This document shows, one piece after another, positions 57,527-64,000 of a DNA stretch of 64,000 nucleotides (within the stretch, counting starts at the first letter, position 1; the number at the start of each line of letters is the position of its first letter). Origin of the DNA: a virus; IMG/VR virus record IMGVR_UViG_3300048580_000372, positions 9,801 to 73,800 of that record. One strand, written 5' to 3'. The notes under the pieces are model-generated. The model ran no database searches. It was not told where the DNA came from and worked only from the letters and a program-made list of their open reading frames with translations. The position numbers and the translations under genes are program-made.

Positions 57527-58203
57527 TAGCGTTGCCTTTCATCATAAACAGTTAAAAAATCATTTAAATAGCTATATAACCATTCGTTTTTTCCTGCAAA
57601 AACTTCAATCTGATTATTTTCTTCATTATAATCAACAGTTGTTGTAGGTTGGGTATTTAAATATGTCAAGAAAAACTGTTCAACTTCTTCATCAAACGAA
57701 AATTTATAACGTTTAATCAAATTCATCGCTCGTTCAACATTTGAATCATTTATCTCAACAATCCATAATTTATAATCATAATTAAAATATGGATTATCTG
57801 AATATTCAGAATTGGTTTTTAATTTTTTAGTTTCCTTTACAATTGCTTCATTGTACTTTGACCTAAATACCAATTTCTTATTACCACAATAACGAACCTC
57901 ACGCAATATTTCTATTGATTGATATGGTGTACGTTTATGAATTGGATTGCGAACCAAAACATCTAACTCTGCTTTGTCATAACCATAAAGAACCAACATA
58001 TTTTCATATCTGGTAATCAATTTAACAACAATCGCACTTTGTCCTGTTGAAAGAGAATTACCACCCCCAATCTTATCGGCAACATCTTCTAAAAATGTTC
58101 TATCCCATTGGGCTGATATACCAATACGATTTCCATCATTGTTCATCACACCTGATATGGAAATTTTATGAAGGTCTTCAACACAGTCTTCAATAAATAT
58201 CAT
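57526..58203 (-). CDS. Hypothetical protein
   Basis: GAGGT SD. Confidence 0.7.
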   Translation of the reverse strand: MIFIEDCVEDLHKISISGVMNNDGNRIGISAQWDRTFLEDVADKIGGGNSLSTGQSAIVVKLITRYENMLVLYGYDKAELDVLVRNPIHKRTPYQSIEILREVRYCGNKKLVFRSKYNEAIVKETKKLKTNSEYSDNPYFNYDYKLWIVEINDSNVERAMNLIKRYKFSFDEEVEQFFLTYLNTQPTTTVDYNEENNQIEVFAGKNEWLYSYLNDFLTVYDERQR

Positions 58204-58374
58204 TTATAACCTCTTTTTAAAATAGTAAATCATTCTATATTTGGCAATAGATTTGTCTGTATATGTTTCCCACAACGTTGGTTTCATTTTTCGCATTTTT
58301 TCAAGAATTTTATTGATACCTTCTTGAGTCAACATTCCATTCTTGAAAAAATTATTCTTGATTTTTCGTTCCAT
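58204..58374 (-). CDS. Small hypothetical protein (56 aa)
   Basis: MERKIKNN... fills the gap between coupled genes. Confidence 0.5.
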   Translation of the reverse strand: MERKIKNNFFKNGMLTQEGINKILEKMRKMKPTLWETYTDKSIAKYRMIYYFKKRL

Positions 58375-58377
58375 TTT

Positions 58378-58620
58378 TCACCCCCATTTCAATCTAAATA
58401 ATAAAGCATCATCTTTGATTTCGCAATAAATTATTCCAATATCAGAATCATTTGGGTCCATTTCTGCTGAGTATCGCCCCTTTAATGTTTCACTCATCCA
58501 TTTGGCTATTTCACACCATTTACTCCAATTTGAACCTACTATAAAACCCTTTGACCAAGTTTTACGAATTTCATCGGTGAGAGTTACATATTCAGTCATC
58601 ATCTTTCCAGTGATTATCAA
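58378..58620 (-). CDS. Small hypothetical protein (…LLFRLKWG family)
   Basis: C-terminal motif. Confidence 0.6.
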   Translation of the reverse strand: MIITGKMMTEYVTLTDEIRKTWSKGFIVGSNWSKWCEIAKWMSETLKGRYSAEMDPNDSDIGIIYCEIKDDALLFRLKWG

Positions 58621-59083
58621 TGGTTATTTCTTCAATACCAGCACAACGAAGTTTGGTGATATTACTCAATTGAAAATGTTTATATTCTAATCCCTTTGAT
58701 ATACTAATAAATTTATTCCTTGTAAATGCTATTTGGTTAATTAAAATTGATAGATTGATAACATCTGGATCAGAATCAGCATATTTTTCTGCTACAGATG
58801 GGGAAAGCGCACGATTATATTTTTCAATATATTTTCGCAACGCTTCGCCTTTTTTTAATTTATGCTGTTCGTTGAAATATTTCAATACAGCTTCAATTTC
58901 TTGTAATTGACTCCAACGATGTTCCACTATACCGGGCAAACGTGCAGCATGTTGTTCAACTGAACCACTGATTGGGCATTCTTTTTTGGCGGCAAGATAC
59001 TCCTTATCGAAATATTCAATGAAATCCGCCACAGGCGAATAGTCATCTGGATTTTCCGTTACACGCCAAAACCAATTGCTCAT
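58592..59083 (-). CDS. uvsY: Recombination mediator UvsY-like
   Basis: Y.EKYNRALS...AEKY.D.D...KGLE.K.FQL.NI.KLR.AG pattern; near uvsX. Confidence 0.7.
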   Translation of the reverse strand: MSNWFWRVTENPDDYSPVADFIEYFDKEYLAAKKECPISGSVEQHAARLPGIVEHRWSQLQEIEAVLKYFNEQHKLKKGEALRKYIEKYNRALSPSVAEKYADSDPDVINLSILINQIAFTRNKFISISKGLEYKHFQLSNITKLRCAGIEEITIDNHWKDDD

Positions 59084-59142
59084 TCAATGTTACTCCCTAT
59101 TCATGCTTCATCATAATATGAAAAAATTATAATGTCAAAATT

Positions 59143-59385
59143 TTACTCGTCGTAGTCTTCGTCCTCGTCATCATCGTCAACACCATCTTCATAAAGATGC
59201 TCAATGGCATGATCAATGTCACGGTCCTCGCCATGCAATTCACCAAGCTTGCTCAAGTTAAACCCATTATTATCAAAAATTGTGACGAATTCTAAACAAA
59301 CATCGTCCTTCTCTTTGACGCTAACATGTGATTTAATTAATTCCCACACATCTAAAACTATTGTGGCTAAAGTTTCGTCGTCCAT
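59143..59385 (-). CDS. Small acidic hypothetical protein
   Basis: AGGAG SD. Confidence 0.65.
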   Translation of the reverse strand: MDDETLATIVLDVWELIKSHVSVKEKDDVCLEFVTIFDNNGFNLSKLGELHGEDRDIDHAIEHLYEDGVDDDDEDEDYDE

Positions 59386-59450
59386 TCTTTTTCTCCTTTT
59401 TAAATATTAACTTCTTCTTTTATTGGAAATTCTCGGTTTCAATATTTTCA

Positions 59451-59621
59451 TCATTTTCTATCACGTCTAATCCAAGCTAACAACTCTTCATCTGTATTCC
59501 AATTTGGAACAGGGATTGATGGTCCATCACAAGCATCCACAATTTCTTTTTGTTTGTCTGTTAAATCCGCATATTCAATAATTTTTATTTTTTCACCATT
59601 TTTCTTATTAATGATTTTCAT
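59451..59621 (-). CDS. Small hypothetical protein (56 aa)
   Basis: MKIINKKNGEK... overlapping the upstream stop. Confidence 0.45.
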   Translation of the reverse strand: MKIINKKNGEKIKIIEYADLTDKQKEIVDACDGPSIPVPNWNTDEELLAWIRRDRK

Positions 59622-60354
59622 ATATTTTCCCTTTAAATTCTAAAAACATTTCTCTTAATGTTCTAACATTATTTGCAAATATAAAGTTAGTAACAAGATT
59701 TCTTTTTGTCCATATACGATCTAAATAATATTGTGTACTTATGGTTGAAACTTCAACCCATAAATCATATTTCTCAAAATAAAAATCACACTTATAATTT
59801 GTATCAACATATGGCTTTTGTAAAGTTATTTCTTCCTTATTTACATATTTTATTAACTCTTTGTAACAATCTCTCTCAAAATGAGAACTAAAAAATATAC
59901 CATCAAATGTGTTAGGTATCCCTAAATGCCCTTGTTGCATCGTTGGGCTACCACTCCCTTGTAACAAATCATTTGGAGATTTTTTCCAAAGATGATCTGT
60001 TGGTATATGAAGATGATACACTGGCGTTATACAATTTATATATTCATCAACTAAAATAATATCATTTGTTACTTCTGCCAATTCTTTAATATACTGCTCT
60101 TTTGTTTTCACACGTTTTTTTCTTGCTCGTTCTATTCCACAAGGAGGGCACCCAGACTTTGCATAAATAATATTATCTGGTGTGCCATACCATTCATACC
60201 CACAAACATCACATTTATGTTTCAACTTTATCCTTGTTTCTTTATAATCTTCCAAAGGTGTTATATTTCGAGGTTTCAATAACTCCCTGTATATTGTGGG
60301 AGTTATTGTTACCTTATAATTACCTTTACGTTTTTCCTTTTTTACTTCATCCAT
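59608..60354 (-). CDS. Free-standing endonuclease (zinc ribbons plus PD-(D/E)XK) after uvsX
   Basis: HKCDVCG...GCPPC; SHFERDC...YKCDFY...WVEV. Confidence 0.7.
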   Translation of the reverse strand: MDEVKKEKRKGNYKVTITPTIYRELLKPRNITPLEDYKETRIKLKHKCDVCGYEWYGTPDNIIYAKSGCPPCGIERARKKRVKTKEQYIKELAEVTNDIILVDEYINCITPVYHLHIPTDHLWKKSPNDLLQGSGSPTMQQGHLGIPNTFDGIFFSSHFERDCYKELIKYVNKEEITLQKPYVDTNYKCDFYFEKYDLWVEVSTISTQYYLDRIWTKRNLVTNFIFANNVRTLREMFLEFKGKIYENH

Positions 60355-61582
60355 TTCCTTCCATTTCCAAAGTGTCTTCATCAATATCTGGTGTTTCTGC
60401 TTTTACTTTATCTTTTTTACCTTTGGTAACCTTCAAAGTAATTTCCTCATCTACACCTTCTTCCAACGACGCCATAACTTCTTCTGTAATAGCTTCCATT
60501 TCTGCTATCATTTTCGCAGCTTCTTTGCGTTCATTTTCGATATTTTTAAAGTTGAGTAATTCAAATTCTTCCATAACACGAAGAAGAATCTTTCTTCCCT
60601 CTATAGCGTTCCATTCTTTACGGAATAATTTGACTTCTTCGTTGTCAACAGATACCCACTTTAATCTGTTTCCGTCTTTAGTGAACACTCCTTTTTCTTC
60701 AAAATAATCAATCAATCCAGAGAATGGGTCAATACCAACATTGTATGGAATTTTCATCTGCATGGTTTCAAAAGGTTTGGTGAAACGTGTTTTAATTACC
60801 TTTACAGCAGTTCTAATTCCCTGAATTGTAGTTGTTTTATTACCATCTTCGTCTTCTTTTAGATTCAATTTCTTAAACGCAACAACCTGTGAAGATGAAT
60901 AAATGAACCCAGCACCACCACTAATCTTTGGATCTGGTGAAAACATATCCTGACTCTCATAACTGTGATTGGTTGCAATTAAACCAACTTCCCATTCAGA
61001 AAATTGGATAACACAGTTTTTAACCAAGGCATTGAGGGCTTTTGGCTTACGACCCATATCACCCTTCATATCACCCTTTGTGAATTGATCAACGTCTGTT
61101 GGAGTCAATAATGCACCAAGAGAATCAATGACGAACAAAATCTTTGGACGATCTTCTATCGCCAATTCTTTATACTGTGCCTTATAATCAGCCATGAATT
61201 GACTGATGGATTTTGCAACGTCATCAATCATTGATACTTGAATACGAAGGTATTTGTCATCAGAAGTATCAACACCGCAATCATGAAGCCACTTTTCATC
61301 ATGGGCATTTTCAGAGTCGAACCCAACAACGAAAATACCTTGCTTTTGAGCTTCCTTCATAAGATTAGCTGCAACAAGAGATTTACCTGAACCAGATTCA
61401 CCAGCGAACATGGTAACTTTACCAAGTGGAACACCACGTTTAAATGAACCTGAAAGAATATAATTTAATAGATAGTTGTTTGTGGAAATCCATGTTTTTG
61501 GGTCATTGAACCCAACAGATATCCCATCAATATTTTTAGTCAATGATTTTCGAAATTTCGAAGCATCAATAGGTCTTACCAT
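60347..61582 (-). CDS. uvsX: RecA-like recombinase UvsX
   Basis: AGESGSGKS, FDSENA, VIDSLGAL, GDMGRK, ISGG. Confidence 0.93.
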   Translation of the reverse strand: MVRPIDASKFRKSLTKNIDGISVGFNDPKTWISTNNYLLNYILSGSFKRGVPLGKVTMFAGESGSGKSLVAANLMKEAQKQGIFVVGFDSENAHDEKWLHDCGVDTSDDKYLRIQVSMIDDVAKSISQFMADYKAQYKELAIEDRPKILFVIDSLGALLTPTDVDQFTKGDMKGDMGRKPKALNALVKNCVIQFSEWEVGLIATNHSYESQDMFSPDPKISGGAGFIYSSSQVVAFKKLNLKEDEDGNKTTTIQGIRTAVKVIKTRFTKPFETMQMKIPYNVGIDPFSGLIDYFEEKGVFTKDGNRLKWVSVDNEEVKLFRKEWNAIEGRKILLRVMEEFELLNFKNIENERKEAAKMIAEMEAITEEVMASLEEGVDEEITLKVTKGKKDKVKAETPDIDEDTLEMEGNG

Positions 61583-61612
61583 AACGTATCTCCTTGTTTG
61601 AATTATTAGTTA

Positions 61613-61638
61613 ATAATAGGGGATTTCTCCCCTATTAT
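61613..61638 (-). terminator. Hairpin terminator/processing site after ssb
   Basis: ATAATAGGGG-ATTTCT-CCCCTATTAT. Confidence 0.65.
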
Positions 61639-61649
61639 CTCAACCATTA

Positions 61650-62705
61650 TTAGCTATTGTTAGCTGCTGCTCTGGCACGAATGTTAGCCAAAATATCTTT
61701 TGGGTCTTTTGCCTTTACAGTTTCAACTTTTGCTTCGGCTGCTGTTTCACTTGAATTTGAATGTGATGCACGAAGCTTATCCAATGCTGATAAGCGATTT
61801 TCAGTTGACACTGTAGCGGCTGGTGCAACAACAGTCTTGGTGACAACAACATCATCTTCGTCTGCAGCTGCTGCTGTTGTAGAAGAAGAATTGTTATTTC
61901 CAATTAAACCTGATGGTTTGTAAAAATCACCCCAACGATCTGGGTCATATGCTTCACCATCAAGTGATGCTTCAAACATTTGTTTGATAACTTGTAATTC
62001 AGTATCATTTGGTTCTTTTGGTAAGAAATCTTTGAGATTCCAAAGACCATTGGTTTCAATCATAGTCAATTCTTCTTCGTCAAGTGGACGAGCCTTCATT
62101 GACCAACCTGAAGTACCATAATTTGCCCAATCGCCTTTCTTGGTTTTTGCGATTTTGAAATCACGACCTGCTTCATAATCTGTTGGAAGTTGATCCATAT
62201 CTGGGTCCATGATGGATTGTTTGATAAGATCATAAATGGATGAGTTGATGACGAAACGACGCATATCATAACGACCAACTTTTTCACCTTCTTCATTGAG
62301 ACCTGATTTCACAACGAAACCTTGGAAGAGATATGACTTCTTTTTGTAATAAGTACGTGCAGTGCTGATAAGAGAATCATCTTTCCACCATGGGCGAATT
62401 TCTTCCATGATTGGGCACTTTTTACCAAACATTTCAATACATGGTACTGTAACGGTGGTAAGTTTGTCATTCTGACCTTTGATGCCTTGGAATGGTAATT
62501 TGATTACAAGACGTTCTTGCCAGAAGAAGTCGTTTGATTCGTTGCCGTCTGGTAAGAAACGAACAGTACTGGATTGGTCAAAATCCATGTCCCAGAATGG
62601 AAACACTGTTTTGTCGCCACCTTGATTTTTACCATTTGTTGTGAAGTTTTTCTTTTCGTCTTGGAGTGCAAGTTGTTTGCGGATTTCTTCAATAGTTTTT
62701 GCCAT
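61650..62705 (-). CDS. Single-stranded DNA-binding protein (T4 gp32-like)
   Basis: VRFLPDGN...FFWQER, C.EMFG..CPI, PTDY..G.DF.I.KT.KG.WANY. Confidence 0.88.
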   Translation of the reverse strand: MAKTIEEIRKQLALQDEKKNFTTNGKNQGGDKTVFPFWDMDFDQSSTVRFLPDGNESNDFFWQERLVIKLPFQGIKGQNDKLTTVTVPCIEMFGKKCPIMEEIRPWWKDDSLISTARTYYKKKSYLFQGFVVKSGLNEEGEKVGRYDMRRFVINSSIYDLIKQSIMDPDMDQLPTDYEAGRDFKIAKTKKGDWANYGTSGWSMKARPLDEEELTMIETNGLWNLKDFLPKEPNDTELQVIKQMFEASLDGEAYDPDRWGDFYKPSGLIGNNNSSSTTAAAADEDDVVVTKTVVAPAATVSTENRLSALDKLRASHSNSSETAAEAKVETVKAKDPKDILANIRARAAANNS

Positions 62706-62966
62706 AGTTATATTTTCCTTTGAGCCTATATTATCTAGTTAATTCTAGTTAATGAGTAGTTATTTTTCTATAGATGAACGGGAAGTACCCGCTCAACATC
62801 TATATTTATCTTTTAGGGTGAAAACTGTGTACCACCAATAAGACTACTATAGATTATTTGAAATCATAAATGCAATATTATTTTTCATTTATTTTTTCAT
62901 TGTAGTGATTGGGATTTCCCTTTCACTATATTTAATTTATCAGAACGAGTTCCGATAATGCAATAT

Positions 62967-64000
62967 TTATTTTAATGTTTCTAAATATTTTTTGTAATTT
63001 ATTTTTGATTTTTTCCACGTTGGGAGTTGCGACAATGATATTACTCCTCTTGGAGCAGAATATGCACCAATATCTAAAACATCATTCCACCACACACCAT
63101 CAATTTTGAGTACATCTTCGACAAATACTGGAATCAAACAATCAAATACAATCGTTGGTTCACATTTACTTAACGTCCTTCTCATAAGTTTCTTTGTTGC
63201 CAAAATACCATTTTTTATTATTTCAATGTCATTAGGGTCATCTACTTCAGCTTCTGCTTCTTCTCTGGTAGTATAATCAGAATATACTTCGCTTTCTATT
63301 TCATCATCGTAATATGATACCCTATATGTCAATGATAATTCTATATAATTATTTTCAACCCCCCAATCAATAATGGTTTGTTTACAATTTTTATTTAATT
63401 TATGTGCATCAAGAAATTTATTATTTTGTTTTGTTAATTCCCAACAACTACCATTTATAAGTGGTGAAATTTTTACCCAAGCATCAGGCACAGTCGTCAC
63501 AGATAATCCATTACCTTCCAAACTATTATTCTTTTTATGTTCTGAATCAAATGTTCCTACATGATACAATTGTTTAAATGATATATAGGGAAATTTAACA
63601 GACAATGTTTTAGCTTCAACAAGCGAATCTGCTTTTAATGTTTCTAAATATTTTTTGTAAATTTCTATTTTGTTCAATTTTTGGTTGTTTTCATTACACC
63701 AAATGTCAATCAAAGTTGAAATGTCATATATCACAGGTATTTCATCCTTGCCAGCATTCAAATATGCTGCAGTCCTGTGATGCCCATCAATAACTTGTGG
63801 GCGATATTTTGGATCATCATCAGTACCATTTACCAATACTGGTGGAAATTTTTTATATTGTAATATATCTTTGGTGAACTGTTCAACTTTATTCTTTGAA
63901 TCTGGACCACCAGCGACTTTTGTTGGATCATTCCATTCTTGCCATGATTCCCATTCACTTGGGTCCAAATGCCCTGTGAAAATATAATCATGGATTTGGG
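62967..64000 (-). CDS. Partial ParB-like plus ART-like fusion protein; start lies beyond the window
   Basis: PPVLV...VIDGHHR (ParB/Srx); LYHVG...EGNGLSVT; frame open to 64000. Confidence 0.7.
   Translation of the reverse strand, partial: QIHDYIFTGHLDPSEWESWQEWNDPTKVAGGPDSKNKVEQFTKDILQYKKFPPVLVNGTDDDPKYRPQVIDGHHRTAAYLNAGKDEIPVIYDISTLIDIWCNENNQKLNKIEIYKKYLETLKADSLVEAKTLSVKFPYISFKQLYHVGTFDSEHKKNNSLEGNGLSVTTVPDAWVKISPLINGSCWELTKQNNKFLDAHKLNKNCKQTIIDWGVENNYIELSLTYRVSYYDDEIESEVYSDYTTREEAEAEVDDPNDIEIIKNGILATKKLMRRTLSKCEPTIVFDCLIPVFVEDVLKIDGVWWNDVLDIGAYSAPRGVISLSQLPTWKKSKINYKKYLETLK
62970..63660. repeat. 28-bp exact direct repeat (62970-62997 and 63633-63660)
   Basis: TTTTAATGTTTCTAAATATTTTTTGTAA twice, encoding YKKYLETLK. 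Confidence 0.9.

Noticed and set aside
59608-61582. Third fractured gene at uvsX
   Set aside because: UvsX is complete and has no intein motifs; the endonuclease is simply downstream
62970-63660. Diversity-generating retroelement TR/VR pair
   Set aside because: The repeats are short and identical with no adenine-specific differences; no reverse transcriptase in the window

Overview
An AT-rich, mostly minus-strand 64-kb segment of a large T4-distant (jumbo-type) dsDNA phage genome, read in the standard genetic code. It carries replication and recombination genes: gp32 SSB, UvsX/RecA, UvsY, UvsW, gp41 helicase, primase, a gp62-like clamp-loader subunit, a minimal DnaE and a PD-(D/E)XK exonuclease. 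It also has tail/virion structural genes, host-like auxiliary genes (mgsA, cyclophilin, dUTPase), four free-standing endonucleases and a TnpA-less TnpB element. Main observations: (1) Both dUTPase and UvsW are 'fractured' genes, each split by a naturally split intein with an endonuclease gene between the halves. (2) More than 20 unrelated proteins share two short N-terminal leader classes (MRAxE[LF]..E and DMRKLME) that resemble T4 capsid-targeting sequences. These proteins include a nucleotidyltransferase, an ATP-dependent ligase, a GNAT, ADP-ribosyltransferase-like proteins, a metallopeptidase and a kinase, which suggests a modular capsid-packaged effector set. (3) A ~510-nt highly structured non-coding RNA with three T-loops has its own promoter and terminator. 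(4) An A9 tract plus a 14-bp GNRA hairpin could fuse two large head-associated ORFs by a -1 shift. (5) Recurrent regulatory elements include GATAAATA/TATAAATA late promoters, RBS-occluding hairpins and repeated TTGACA-N16-TATACT early-promoter cassettes. All functional calls come from reading motifs by eye; no database searches were run.
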